Of a DNA stretch of 64,000 bases, positions 42,919 through 53,894 are shown one piece after another. The stretch's first letter is position 1. Every line of letters starts with the position of its first letter. The stretch is taken from the IMG/VR virus record IMGVR_UViG_3300032302_000065; one strand, 5' to 3'. Made by a program: the position numbers and the translations under genes. Origin of the DNA: a virus (Duplodnaviria; Caudoviricetes). The notes below the pieces were generated by a model. The model was not told the origin of the DNA and ran no database searches. It saw only the letters and a list, made by a program, of their open reading frames with translations.

Positions 42919-44835
42919 TTATTTTACTTCTTCTTTTAATTCTGGATTGATTTCAATTGGTTCTTTTTTACCAGTTAATGGTTCGCCTTTTTTAACTGAA
43001 GCATTGTTTGGGGTTTCTTCTTTCATTTTCTTTTTAACATCTTTGAAAGTTTTTTTCTTAGCTTCAGTCATAACAACTTCTTCTTTGTTTAGAAGATTGT
43101 GATAGCGAACTGCTTTTTTTAAGTCTTTGCTTGCGTTTGCATTCTTTGGATCACCTGCTTTGTCAAAATGATCGTCTGCTTTAGCTTTTGCTTCAGCACC
43201 ACGCTTCATCGCTTTGATTTTATCCACTAAACTTTCTTTCATATTTTTTGGCTTCTTACCAGCCTTCTTCATATCAATAGCGATAGCCGCTTGCTGTGCA
43301 GGTGATGCCGCTTCTTTAGCTAAACGCTTTTCTGCTCTTTCTTGGCCAGCACTCCTATTTGCAAATTTGTGACTATTTTTGTTAAATGCCGCAACTGCTT
43401 TGGCTATATTTTTTTTATTATCAAGGGCTCTAGAAAGTTTATCTAATTGAATGTCTTGATCCTTTTCGGATTTTTTCACATAAGAGTACAATGTATCTTT
43501 GTTCAATTCGTCCAACTGAACTTCTTCAATGTACATGTTCAATTCATACTTGTGATTGTCCATGTTGTACACTTGAAGGTGCAATGCTTTCTTAGATTCT
43601 TTGCCGTCTTTCTTCAACTTGACGGAGAATGAATTTGTTTTACCAGCAGAAGGTTTCTTGGGACCAGTAGCAACTTTATCGTGCCAATCATCCATGTCTA
43701 CTTCAAAGCCACGCTTCTCTGCTTGTTTGATAGCTGTTTGTACTGCTGAAGAATAATCTTTGTGATAGATTTCGTAATCAGATTTTCCTTCATCCATACG
43801 CCCATTAGATGCAAGTCTTTCTTTACGTCTTTGTGCGGCAAAGTCTGCACCTTGTGGTTTCTTTTTATTGCGAATTGCGGCTAAATCAAAACCATCAATC
43901 TTTCCGTTTTTGTTCTTGTCAATTTCTTTTTGCTTTGGTGACAACAACTCTTCAGTTTTTGATTTTACATCATTGTCAAATTGTTTTTTAGTTGCTTTGA
44001 TGATTCCGCTGAAACGTTTGTTGCCACGTTTCATGTCACCTGCTTTATCGGCAGCCGATGCATCTGCGCCAGCTTTCTTTTTGTAGTCTGCTAGTTTGTT
44101 TGTAGACAATTCATCAATAGATTCAACTTCTTCAACCTTTAGACTTATACTCTTTTTTAATTTGTTAACATCTTGTTTGTTTGCTTTTCCTGCGCTAGTT
44201 ACACGGGCTGGACTTCTGTGTGCGAGTTTATCATAAGACCCAAGAGTATGCCCTGGTCTTGTATAGTGACCTTTAGCATCTGCGGCACCTTGAACTGCGG
44301 CCGCAGATTTTGCATCTTTGGTTTTCTTAGCACGATCTGCAAATTTTTGAGGATCGTGTGACTTACCATAATGATAATCTGCATCAGGATCGGAGGCGGC
44401 GTGTGCGGCTTTAGCTAAAAGTTTCGTTGAAATTTCATCAAGCTGAACGTCTTCTTTTTTCATGCTCTTTCTAAGAACACGATTCTGTGCAAGTTTAGAT
44501 ACAAATTTTACATTTGCATCAGCAAGAGATTTTAAAGATTTCAAATCTAACTTGTCAAGCATAGCAATTAATTTTTTGTATGTATCACTTGATGGATCAA
44601 TTGTATTAATCTTAGAGTACTCTGCTTTCAAAGCGGCAATTTGAGATGCGCTAAATGATTCTGTCATTGTTTCTTCCTTCTGTAAAGACTTTCTCTGTGC
44701 GGCAAGCGCCTCACGTTCTTTATTTTGTTTCATGCGTAACTGAACCATTTTCAATGATAATTGGGCACGTTTTTCGGCAGACTTATCTGCGACTGCTGTG
44801 CCTGATCCAACTTTTGCTTCTTCTATATCTTTCAT
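42919..44835 (-). CDS. Lys/Ala-rich modular polyprotein, probable head-internal protein
   Basis: Repeated (L/I)DE-(L/I)S modules. Confidence 0.65.
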   Translation of the reverse strand: MKDIEEAKVGSGTAVADKSAEKRAQLSLKMVQLRMKQNKEREALAAQRKSLQKEETMTESFSASQIAALKAEYSKINTIDPSSDTYKKLIAMLDKLDLKSLKSLADANVKFVSKLAQNRVLRKSMKKEDVQLDEISTKLLAKAAHAASDPDADYHYGKSHDPQKFADRAKKTKDAKSAAAVQGAADAKGHYTRPGHTLGSYDKLAHRSPARVTSAGKANKQDVNKLKKSISLKVEEVESIDELSTNKLADYKKKAGADASAADKAGDMKRGNKRFSGIIKATKKQFDNDVKSKTEELLSPKQKEIDKNKNGKIDGFDLAAIRNKKKPQGADFAAQRRKERLASNGRMDEGKSDYEIYHKDYSSAVQTAIKQAEKRGFEVDMDDWHDKVATGPKKPSAGKTNSFSVKLKKDGKESKKALHLQVYNMDNHKYELNMYIEEVQLDELNKDTLYSYVKKSEKDQDIQLDKLSRALDNKKNIAKAVAAFNKNSHKFANRSAGQERAEKRLAKEAASPAQQAAIAIDMKKAGKKPKNMKESLVDKIKAMKRGAEAKAKADDHFDKAGDPKNANASKDLKKAVRYHNLLNKEEVVMTEAKKKTFKDVKKKMKEETPNNASVKKGEPLTGKKEPIEINPELKEEVK

Positions 44836-44848
44836 GTGTATCTCCGCT

Positions 44849-47230
44849 TTAATCTAATTCGCTTACGCTTTTGTCTGAACGCCACATTTGGCAAGACCAA
44901 TAGTTTGCTTTCCACTTTGGTCCAGGATTGTCGCAACCGTGTCTAGCACGATAGCTTTTTAATCTTTCAGGATCGTCACGTTTGATTTCCATATTAGGAT
45001 CACCAAAACGAACGACAACAACTTTACCATTTGGACCCATAGTGTAGACACCAAACTTCTTCGGACCATCAGGTGTTCTGAATGGATCATTCAATTTAAC
45101 AGACTTACCTTGATAATCTGCTTCAAATAAAATATTTACCCAATCAACTTCTTCTGCAATATCTTCTTCAACGGGAACACAATTAGGAACAGTTTTACCA
45201 TTTTTAACTTTTGTGCCAACTGGTTTGTATCCTTTCCAGCAAGGATTATCTTTTGGGTCTTTCAAACCTTCATCAACTTCTTTGCAATCATCACAGCAAT
45301 GATCTGCATTTTGAATATCCGTTGATTGTCCTGGAGTATCGGCTGCGTATGATTTACGCATTGCATCTGTACCCCATTCTAATGCTTCAAACATTTTATT
45401 CAATGTAACTTTTTCTGCTAAATCTTTATCTTCGTTTAGCCAAGAATTACCTTTGCGTGTGATGAATGAATTTACTCTAGCAAAAGCCCATTGTTCTTGT
45501 GTCATCATACCTTTTTTAGGTGATGCTAAACCACGGCGATAAACTTCTTTTAGAACGTCATATGAAATGCCAGACTTCTCAGACTTATTGTATAGACTCT
45601 TAATCTCTTCAATGATTGGTTTAAATTCTTCGTATGCATCACCAAAGTCGGCTGGCTCCATATCATTTATATACGCATCGACTTCATTACCATATTCTCC
45701 ATCATCATCTTCACCATCGTCTTCAAAGTTATCATCGAATTCTAGATAGTCACGAACTGTGGCAATGTAATCTTCTGCTTTAGTAATTTTAGAAAGAACC
45801 CATTCGTCTGGTTCTTCATCCATAGCATCTAACTGCTGAATTAAATCTTCTGCGTCATCGCAAATATTAGACAACTGAATTTGTGCCATAGAGATTCCAT
45901 CCATCTCTGCGGAATCATCATCTTCATAATTATCATATTCATCATTGTTTAGATTATCATCAACAGATTCTTTTTGTAACTGCGTCTTAGTCATTCTGAA
46001 CAATGCATCGCTTGAAGTCACCATGTCAAGCAATGTAGTTAACAAATCATTTGTTGCTGTGCGTTCTTGTGGTGATAATACATCTCCGTTTTTCAATTTA
46101 TCAACAGAACGTTTTATTGTTGACAAAGATTTTGTATCAGCTAAACCTAAACGAACTAATTGATCTAGTCTAGAAGATTCTTTTCTAGCTTCTGGAGTTT
46201 TAACTGCCTCAACAAATGTTCCAAACATACGATTAACATCTTCTTTTTTAACTTTAGATGCCATCATTGCTTGAGTTCGTCTATCCAATGCATTTTTTCT
46301 CGCAAGAGGAACTAAACGTGCGGCTAGTTTTCTAATGCTAGGTAACATTTTCTGCAATCGTGTATCGATAGAGATTTTTTCTCCAGTACTCAAATCTGCA
46401 TAACTCTTTCCAGCAGAAGCAAAACGCTGTCTGAAGAATTTGTATGCTAATTTTTTAGCGCCTCTTTGGACACGTTTATTATCTGGTGCACGTTTTGATT
46501 GCAACTGTCTTGCTCTAAGCAATCTCTTAGCCATTCTTTTAAATTGTTGCGCTCTATGTCTACGTTGTGCGTAACCAAGTACTGCTTCGTCCTGTTGTTC
46601 TAATTCTTCGTTCATGCCACCACCTATGTATTTGTCTAAAAGTTTTTTCACTTTAGCTTTATTTTTTGCTTTTGGATATAAATCGCTTATGATTTTATCT
46701 CTTTCTTCTGAGTCTGCGTCTGAATACATTTTTCTAACTTGACTGCCAGAGAATGCTTCTTTACCATTAACTGTAAAGTCATGTTTCTTAGTTACAAAAA
46801 TATATGCGTGTGTCTCAAATGATTCACATTTGTCAATGCTAACAAATGGCTGATAATATGCTGGTGAACCATCTTTTTTTGTGTACTTCATTGGGTCACG
46901 TTCTGAACGAACAAGAATGAGAATGTCTTTTTTTTCGTCATACTTCTTCATAATCTCTTCCGGATTAATCGGCTGAACGACCTGAACGAAATCGTCTGTA
47001 ACTCCTGCTTGTTGTGCTAGGAATTCTTTATCTTTGAATGGAATTGGACGGACTTTTGTGTCGTTGCTAGATGCAACATAAAAGTCTGGAGTATGGAATT
47101 TGGATTTGGCTTGAGTGTAACTACTCAAATGTCCTGCGTGAAATGGCTGGAAGCCACCACCGTACACGACAATTACTTTGCCTTTTGCTTTTGCTTCATC
47201 AAGCAATACTGATTCTTTAAACGATTTCAT
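44849..47230 (-). CDS. Multidomain protein with N-terminal HIGH-type nucleotidyltransferase (cytidyltransferase-like) domain
   Basis: GGFQPFHAGH; SGSQVR; late promoter TATAAATA 47294-47301. Confidence 0.75.
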   Translation of the reverse strand: MKSFKESVLLDEAKAKGKVIVVYGGGFQPFHAGHLSSYTQAKSKFHTPDFYVASSNDTKVRPIPFKDKEFLAQQAGVTDDFVQVVQPINPEEIMKKYDEKKDILILVRSERDPMKYTKKDGSPAYYQPFVSIDKCESFETHAYIFVTKKHDFTVNGKEAFSGSQVRKMYSDADSEERDKIISDLYPKAKNKAKVKKLLDKYIGGGMNEELEQQDEAVLGYAQRRHRAQQFKRMAKRLLRARQLQSKRAPDNKRVQRGAKKLAYKFFRQRFASAGKSYADLSTGEKISIDTRLQKMLPSIRKLAARLVPLARKNALDRRTQAMMASKVKKEDVNRMFGTFVEAVKTPEARKESSRLDQLVRLGLADTKSLSTIKRSVDKLKNGDVLSPQERTATNDLLTTLLDMVTSSDALFRMTKTQLQKESVDDNLNNDEYDNYEDDDSAEMDGISMAQIQLSNICDDAEDLIQQLDAMDEEPDEWVLSKITKAEDYIATVRDYLEFDDNFEDDGEDDDGEYGNEVDAYINDMEPADFGDAYEEFKPIIEEIKSLYNKSEKSGISYDVLKEVYRRGLASPKKGMMTQEQWAFARVNSFITRKGNSWLNEDKDLAEKVTLNKMFEALEWGTDAMRKSYAADTPGQSTDIQNADHCCDDCKEVDEGLKDPKDNPCWKGYKPVGTKVKNGKTVPNCVPVEEDIAEEVDWVNILFEADYQGKSVKLNDPFRTPDGPKKFGVYTMGPNGKVVVVRFGDPNMEIKRDDPERLKSYRARHGCDNPGPKWKANYWSCQMWRSDKSVSELD

Positions 47231-47303
47231 ATTCTTAGAGTTTTCCGTAGACTTATCTGTACAGGTTTGCCGTAGCCTAACTGAGTTATACTTTATTTAT
47301 AAT

Positions 47304-48098
47304 TTACATGAATGCTAGAATTATGGGGTCTGCCTTTAATGCTACTTCATCGATTGCCGCACTAGCGCCTTTTTTAAGGGGTGCAATGTTATATGGGGAT
47401 TTTGATACTTTACCGAATTGTAACGTCATAACAAACTGATAGTCTCCACCACCCTTATATTGACAGCGAACACGAATAACAGCAGATGCATTAGTAGCAA
47501 AATCAGGAATCGGAGAATTCTTGTTTGCTTTGAGTTTTGGCTGTAGACCCAATAAGTCTTTGCCTGCTAATGTAAAGAATCCGTGAGTTCCCACATTGAT
47601 ATACGAACATTTTTTTGCAATGTAGTAGTCACATATTGCTTTTGCTGGAATAGGCACATGCACTTCATTTTGCGCCCCAAACTTTTCTAAATCTGATTTG
47701 TAGGCGGCCGCCTTATCTTTAGCACCAACTATGACTTTTTTACCTCTTTCATCATTTTGCAAAGAAGGCACCTTACCACGCCAATCTTTACCATGAGTTC
47801 CACTAGTGTTCATCTCTCTTAGCAAGTTGAATTTCTTTGCTAATTCAACTAAGAATTCTTTTTCAGGATCAGTTCCAATATCACCGAATTGCCACTTACC
47901 ATCGTAGTATTTCATAACTAAAGAACCAGCGGCAGTCGGTGAATTTTTAAGTTCACAACCAGTAGTTTTCTTCGATTTATTTTGAATAGTTAAGTCTGGT
48001 TTGTCGTGTGATGCGCCGGCAGTTCCACCCGTTGAAATTTTGTATTTCTGCAATGCATTATATGCATTCTCCTCATATAAAAAACCTTCTTGTGCCAT
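47304..48098 (-). CDS. PD-(D/E)xK nuclease-like protein
   Basis: E...PDL...ELK. Confidence 0.55.
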   Translation of the reverse strand: MAQEGFLYEENAYNALQKYKISTGGTAGASHDKPDLTIQNKSKKTTGCELKNSPTAAGSLVMKYYDGKWQFGDIGTDPEKEFLVELAKKFNLLREMNTSGTHGKDWRGKVPSLQNDERGKKVIVGAKDKAAAYKSDLEKFGAQNEVHVPIPAKAICDYYIAKKCSYINVGTHGFFTLAGKDLLGLQPKLKANKNSPIPDFATNASAVIRVRCQYKGGGDYQFVMTLQFGKVSKSPYNIAPLKKGASAAIDEVALKADPIILAFM

Positions 48099-48188
48099 TT
48101 TATTATTTTCCTTGTTTAGTGCATTTGTACCATTAAATATAGTTACCCGATGTATACATAAAGGTGTCCGGTTTCAAATTAAACCTTA

Positions 48189-49415
48189 TTACCTCTGCCA
48201 ACCTTTAATAACATCAGGTGAGAAGTTTGCATAACTGAATTGCATTCTGTCAACTAACTTGACTGCATTGCCTTTAATCTTATCGATAGCAACATAACCC
48301 TCAACACCAGTCACTTCGTAGCCTTTCTTTGTCAACAAGAAAGTGTTCAATGTCTTAACTTCATCCATCTTCTTAATTAGAATCAACTTCGCTTCTGCTA
48401 AGAGATTCATCATTGTGAAAATGTCTTCTAGGTGTGCTTTGTTTTTTGGTGAGAAGAATTTGAGAACTTTGCTCTTCTTTAGCATCTGAGTAGCACGACC
48501 ACGTTCACCTTTGCCTTCTGCTTGTTTCTCGTAATAGTCTTCAATGTATGCAATCAATTCTTTAACGTGCGCTTTGACGTTAGTGATTTTTAACTGTTGA
48601 CGTACTTTTGAATTGTTGAATGTCTTGATGCGTTCAATCAAGTCTTCGTCTGTATTGATGTAGTTTAAAGTGGCGGCATCTAGCTTTTGAAATATCTTTC
48701 CAGCTTCAGATAAAATCGCTGTCACTTCGTCATTTTCTGCTTGTGTCAACGTAGCCTTACCCGAAACATCGTGATAGACTGCACTTGTCATCCAAACGTT
48801 TGGACTTTGTGTAAGTGTACTTAGAATGTCTTTGCCAAAGACTGCTGACATTGTTTCAAACGAATCGCCTTCGTAGATTGTGTGCCAGACAATACCAATC
48901 TTTGCTTTTTGTATTTGTTTAGCAAGTTCTGTTCCTGTTGGAACTGCGTAGACTAAAGTGTTTGGATGAAACGTGACATATGATTCACCATCGATTGTTT
49001 CTGTCTTCAAGTCTGATTGTGTGAATAGCAAGTCGCCTTGAATGACGCCTTTGATACCAATCTTAGGCAACCACATCAAACACGCTTTGAGTTTGTCTGC
49101 TAAGTCACCAGAAGTGTCTGCATCGATATCTGCTGGAGTTTTGTATACTTTGGGATTTTTATTGAAGACACCTTTCTTCGCAACAAAGAATTTGCCGTCT
49201 GTTGGGTCTTGTCCTGCAAAGACTGCTGGCGCACCATCCCATTTGACTGAAATGTCAACTTTGCTTTTGGAATGTCCAGCAAGCATATCACGCACCGCTC
49301 TGAGTGCGTTTATGCTATCTCTAGTTCCTTCAACACCGCCATTCAGAACATCGTCTTCCGCATGTTCCATGTGAGTGTTTTTCTTCTCAATAAGGTATTC
49401 TTTAAATTTAAACAT
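48189..49415 (-). CDS. Conserved T4-like late protein (KWDGAP motif)
   Basis: HMEH.ED, KWDGAPA, QGD, EGYV, KLVDR..FS; late promoter 49441-49448. Confidence 0.75.
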   Translation of the reverse strand: MFKFKEYLIEKKNTHMEHAEDDVLNGGVEGTRDSINALRAVRDMLAGHSKSKVDISVKWDGAPAVFAGQDPTDGKFFVAKKGVFNKNPKVYKTPADIDADTSGDLADKLKACLMWLPKIGIKGVIQGDLLFTQSDLKTETIDGESYVTFHPNTLVYAVPTGTELAKQIQKAKIGIVWHTIYEGDSFETMSAVFGKDILSTLTQSPNVWMTSAVYHDVSGKATLTQAENDEVTAILSEAGKIFQKLDAATLNYINTDEDLIERIKTFNNSKVRQQLKITNVKAHVKELIAYIEDYYEKQAEGKGERGRATQMLKKSKVLKFFSPKNKAHLEDIFTMMNLLAEAKLILIKKMDEVKTLNTFLLTKKGYEVTGVEGYVAIDKIKGNAVKLVDRMQFSYANFSPDVIKGWQR

Positions 49416-49449
49416 GATAGGTCTGTCGTTGCAATAGACCTATTTATAA

Positions 49450-49791
49450 TTACCTTCGCATTGATGCTTGATCCTTTGCATCATCACTAGAGAAAATAGG
49501 TACTGCATTGCTTTTGTGTAGTGTGCCAATACCGATCATCTTGTCGCCAGTGTAAACTTTACCGTGAATTGGTTTGGTGCAACTGTCGCCAAATGTCGCT
49601 AAACTGGGATGACGTACAGTTTCACGCACATATGCTTTTGGAGGCTGATATGTTTCTACTGTTTTGGTAGGTTTTTTGAAACCTTTAGAGAATGAAGTTG
49701 TCGGCAAGGAATCTTTCCACTTTTGATATTCCGCCATTTTCTTTGCGGGAACTTTTTTCTTCTTCGATTTTTGATATGTGTATATTAGCAT
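49450..49791 (-). CDS. Conserved hypothetical protein
   Basis: YTG....GI.T.HKSN.VP. Confidence 0.65.
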   Translation of the reverse strand: MLIYTYQKSKKKKVPAKKMAEYQKWKDSLPTTSFSKGFKKPTKTVETYQPPKAYVRETVRHPSLATFGDSCTKPIHGKVYTGDKMIGIGTLHKSNAVPIFSSDDAKDQASMRR

Positions 49792-50434
49792 TTTCAGTCA
49801 ATGTATTTACAAAATCTAACAATAATTTGTGTGTTCGTTCTTCGTGCCAATGTTTTGATATGTACTGTCTAGGCTTCTCATACCAATACTTTTGGCTCTC
49901 AGGATGACAACCAATCACACCTATACGATTTTGAATGATTGCCATAGCGTCACCATTCGCATAAGTAGAGACTATTTTAGCACGTTCTAGATTGCCTGTC
50001 AATGCACATCCATCGTAGAAGAACATTGTCTCAGGATTGCCGTTCCAAGTAACGTTTGCAATGGTAGAATAAGACCTACGAATATCAGCATTTGGTTGTT
50101 TAATATACTGAACAGGTTCAATATCATCTAGTATATCAAAATAGTGACTACCAGCCCAGTAAGCGCCCATGCATATTCCGAGATAATATCCTTTAGATTC
50201 AACAAAATCTGCTATCATATTAGCACGTTTACGTCTAAAGAATTTATCATAAGAATCTGCATCTCCGATACCTCCAGGAAATGCAACAATATCTGTATCG
50301 TTTAAAACCGTGAGCAAATCACTATCTGTATTGAATAAATTAATTTTATAATTTGGCGATAGAGCCTTAATCATTCCATCGCAACAATCTGTTGAACATT
50401 CGGGATGATTAACAAACAATGATATTGTTTTCAC
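49685..50434 (-). CDS. Class I glutamine amidotransferase-like (BPL_N-like) protein
   Basis: FPGG, GICMGAY, HPE catalytic residues. Confidence 0.75.
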   Translation of the reverse strand: MKTISLFVNHPECSTDCCDGMIKALSPNYKINLFNTDSDLLTVLNDTDIVAFPGGIGDADSYDKFFRRKRANMIADFVESKGYYLGICMGAYWAGSHYFDILDDIEPVQYIKQPNADIRRSYSTIANVTWNGNPETMFFYDGCALTGNLERAKIVSTYANGDAMAIIQNRIGVIGCHPESQKYWYEKPRQYISKHWHEERTHKLLLDFVNTLTENANIHISKIEEEKSSRKENGGISKVERFLADNFIL

Positions 50435-50435
50435 T

Positions 50436-50917
50436 CTATGCCATTCTATCTACATTCTGTCCGTTACGATTCATTCTACGATTCATTTCAATTCGTGCTT
50501 GTTCTGATACCTCACGAATATGTTTAATTCTGCGTTCTTCCAATCGAATTTCATCATGCCTACGTTCTACATTACGAATTTGTGTATGTCGATACATTTC
50601 ATTATTATATTGTGTGATAGAATTTAATTTCATTTTAACACCAAGAATGCTAACATAATACTTTGTAAGAAAAATCCAATACCGTTTGAAAGCATGTAGA
50701 GTTTATCTTTCATAATCGCAGATCGAACAAAGAATAGTAATAATCCACTCCAAATTAGAACGACCATGCTTAATGGTGGAAGTATAGTGGGTTCGCCTTT
50801 AATTGCCAAGTATGTTGCAGGGACTGTAGAACCATGAATTAGAATCAATCCGATCCAGCCGCAAATTTCGCCAAAAGATTTCACAACCCAATTATACCAT
50901 TCTGCAAGTTTAATCAT
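50436..50917 (-). CDS. Two small proteins (50436-50633; 50630-50917 membrane)
   Basis: ORFs; promoter TTGACA-N17-TATAAT 50993-51021. Confidence 0.6.
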
Positions 50918-51058
50918 ATCACTTTTTTCTTTCAAATAGTTTAAGGGAACATTTAAGTTTTTTAGGTCCATTTTAGTCTTTCATAAAATTATATTATAAC
51001 ACTTCTATGGTATCCTGTCAAGGGATATTTAGGGAAAGGAATATTTCACGATGTGAAA

Positions 51059-52468
51059 TTAAACCTTTAGATTGCCAAAATCTCGGTTTTTCTGCATTCT
51101 TTTGCCAAAACTAGACTTATCAAATGCAGGTTTATCCTCTTCAATCTGCCCACTATCGGAAATGTTAGTCTGCGCTGACTCTTCTGCATCATACAGTTTC
51201 ATTTTCGCTCTGTCAACACCAATCACAAAACGCTTATTTGTTGTTGGATCGCTGTATCGATTTTTTAACTGCTTGACCATAATCTGATTCAACTCTGCAA
51301 GTTCTTCGGTTGAAATCAAAGCAAACATCAAGTCTGCTGTTGCAGGCAAACCAAACGATTCTGAAGTGTCTTCAAGTCCAACGTCTGAGTTTGTGTAACC
51401 ACTTCTTGTTGTTTGTGTTGCAGATACAACTGGCACTTTATGTTCAACTGCAAGCCCACGCAACTCTTCTGCAATTGCTTTAATGTATGTGTAAGAATTA
51501 ATAGAAGAACCCATCTTCATACGTGCGGAAGAACAAATGTTTAGATAGTCAATGTAAATGATATCAGGAATAAATTGACGTTTCAATTTCAACTCATTCA
51601 ACAAATGCGAAAAGTGATTTACGTTTGCACTAGCGGTTGGATATTCTTTGATGATTAGTTTACCCTTAGTCTTCTCACGCAAAGTTTCAACTTTCTTCAA
51701 GTATGTTTCTTTAGGCATACCAACCAATCGATCCAATTCAACATTCATTAAGTTTGCATCAATACGTTCTGCGATACGCTCTTCAGCCATTTCCATTGTA
51801 ATGTATAAAACATTCTTACTCATAGTCAGATTGGCTGCCGCACAATGACACATGAACAATGACTTACCAACACCAGTGCCAGCAAGAACAATGTTCAAAG
51901 ATTTTTCTGCAAGCCCGCCTTTAGTAATCCTGTTCAAGTAGTCTAGGTCGAATGGGATTCGCTTTTCAGCTTTATGGTAGAAGTCATAGCGTGTTTCTGC
52001 GTCATCAATAAAATCGTGACCAATGTGATTATCAAAAGAAACCGAAAGTGCATCTGCTAAGATTTTAGGGATTGAACCTTTATCAAGTTTTTCTGTTTTG
52101 TTTTTGTCATCCAGAATTTGAATACTCTGCATGATGCCATTGTAGATTGCTTTCTCTTGACAGAAATCTTCTGTTGCATCAATCAACCATTTAGTGTCTG
52201 ATACTTCAGGATCGATTGTAATCTGTTTGACAAGTGCAATAGTTTTTTTATGCTGGTCATCTGTTAGATTAATTTTTTTGTCAATCTCAATAACCAACGC
52301 TTCTTGCGTTGGCATTGAGTTGTACTTATTCACATAACTCTGAATCTCAGTAAACAATAGTTTTTCTGAAGACTCTTGAAAATACTCGCCTCTAATGAAT
52401 GGTAGTGTCTTACGTGTATACTCTTCATCCAATATCAGGTGTTTCAGTATTTTTTGTTCCAAGTTCAT
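51059..52468 (-). CDS. Replicative DNA helicase (T4 gp41-like)
   Basis: AGTGVGKS, EMAEE, IDYL, ATQ, ESFG, QLKNRY. Confidence 0.95.
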   Translation of the reverse strand: MNLEQKILKHLILDEEYTRKTLPFIRGEYFQESSEKLLFTEIQSYVNKYNSMPTQEALVIEIDKKINLTDDQHKKTIALVKQITIDPEVSDTKWLIDATEDFCQEKAIYNGIMQSIQILDDKNKTEKLDKGSIPKILADALSVSFDNHIGHDFIDDAETRYDFYHKAEKRIPFDLDYLNRITKGGLAEKSLNIVLAGTGVGKSLFMCHCAAANLTMSKNVLYITMEMAEERIAERIDANLMNVELDRLVGMPKETYLKKVETLREKTKGKLIIKEYPTASANVNHFSHLLNELKLKRQFIPDIIYIDYLNICSSARMKMGSSINSYTYIKAIAEELRGLAVEHKVPVVSATQTTRSGYTNSDVGLEDTSESFGLPATADLMFALISTEELAELNQIMVKQLKNRYSDPTTNKRFVIGVDRAKMKLYDAEESAQTNISDSGQIEEDKPAFDKSSFGKRMQKNRDFGNLKV

Positions 52469-52769
52469 TCTTATACCTTTTCTCAGCTTCTTCTAATGAG
52501 TGTTTTAGAAGATCATTTAAAATTTCACCTAGGGTTTCTTCAAAGTCACTATTACCTTGTAGAGCCTTGTGTTCTTCATCTATTATATCATAGTTGAAGC
52601 CGATTGAATACGTTCCATCAGGATTTTCTTCTTCGGCAAAATTAATTTCACCAAAAGTAAATTCTAAACCTTTGTATTTACCAGAATTAATTTTGATAGA
52701 TGCTACAGTATCTTTGTCTTTGTATTTGATATCACGGGTTGTGATTTCGTAGTCTTCATTAATCTTCAT
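52425..52769 (-). CDS. Hypothetical protein (in the gp40 position)
   Basis: Lies between uvsX and the helicase. Confidence 0.6.
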   Translation of the reverse strand: MKINEDYEITTRDIKYKDKDTVASIKINSGKYKGLEFTFGEINFAEEENPDGTYSIGFNYDIIDEEHKALQGNSDFEETLGEILNDLLKHSLEEAEKRYKNELGTKNTETPDIG

Positions 52770-53832
52770 TGGCTAACTCCAATTCTTCTACCTCATCAAT
52801 AATACCGCTATCGTTTTCTTGACCATACAAGAATTCTTTTTTACATGCTTCGTCAATCAATGCTAAGATATCAGGCGTGAAATACTTCTCTGGCTCTTCG
52901 TTGATGTTCTTACCAAATACTTTAGTACCATTGGCAAGTTCATATCGTGTGGATACTTTCTTAATGATACCATGTTTCTCTGCAATTTCAAGCAATCCAT
53001 AGTAGCGGTCAAGACCTTTACTGTATGTGATCTTCACTTCAATTTGAGAGTTCTCTTTAGTCAAACGTGACTTCTGCAACTTGCAACGAACAATATTACC
53101 AACAACTTCAGTACCATCTTTGTCTTTACGTTTAGACAAATAAATGATTGTGGATGCTGTGTACTTCAAGCCAGAACCACCAGACATTTCTTTAGTTGGG
53201 ATATATGCACCAACAACATCATAAACGTGATTCGTTACAAGCAAAGGCACACCAATCTTTGCAAGTTTTAAATTAAGAACACGGAATGTTGCTTTGAGAA
53301 TAGCAGACTTGGTCATGTCTTTAGTCTCTTTGCCTTCAGCAGTATCTTCCATTTCTTTAGTTGAAGATAACTGACCAAGAGAATCAAGAACCATAATCAT
53401 TGGCTTACGTTTTGCTTCTGGCTGTGCTTGATACTTCTCAATGATTTGCAATGCAGTATGACGAAACTTTTGAATTGTATCTGGCTCAGAGATAACGACA
53501 CGTTTAGTGTCAACGCCACGGGATTCCATCATTTGTTTTGTAACTGCGGCTTCAGTATCAAAGTAAATAACACCGCCTTCAGGATTTGCATCAAGGAATT
53601 GTTTAACAATACCAAGAACAAAGAATGTTTTACCTGTTGATGATTCACCAGCGAATGCAGTCACTTTGTTATTAGGCACACCACCATAGATGCTACCTGA
53701 TAGAACAGCATTTAATGCATATGAACCAGTATCAATGCAACCACTATATTCAGCAGATGCACCACCTTCAGATAAAATTTTAGTGTCTTCATCTTTCAAC
53801 TGATCCACTAAGTCTGTAAAAAAATTACTCAT
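52759..53832 (-). CDS. uvsX: UvsX RecA-like recombinase
   Basis: [23 protein letters not shown]. Confidence 0.93.
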   Translation of the reverse strand: MSNFFTDLVDQLKDEDTKILSEGGASAEYSGCIDTGSYALNAVLSGSIYGGVPNNKVTAFAGESSTGKTFFVLGIVKQFLDANPEGGVIYFDTEAAVTKQMMESRGVDTKRVVISEPDTIQKFRHTALQIIEKYQAQPEAKRKPMIMVLDSLGQLSSTKEMEDTAEGKETKDMTKSAILKATFRVLNLKLAKIGVPLLVTNHVYDVVGAYIPTKEMSGGSGLKYTASTIIYLSKRKDKDGTEVVGNIVRCKLQKSRLTKENSQIEVKITYSKGLDRYYGLLEIAEKHGIIKKVSTRYELANGTKVFGKNINEEPEKYFTPDILALIDEACKKEFLYGQENDSGIIDEVEELELANED

Positions 53833-53894
53833 AATCACCCCTTAAATTATTAATCATCAATTATTATAACATCAATTCAACACAAAATCAATAC

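Noticed and set aside
47239-47290. c-di-GMP-I or guanidine-II riboswitch
   Set aside because: GGCAAACC and ACGG words are present, but there is no GNRA/receptor P2 architecture and ACGR is not a stem-closed tetraloop. Kept only as an unknown motif.
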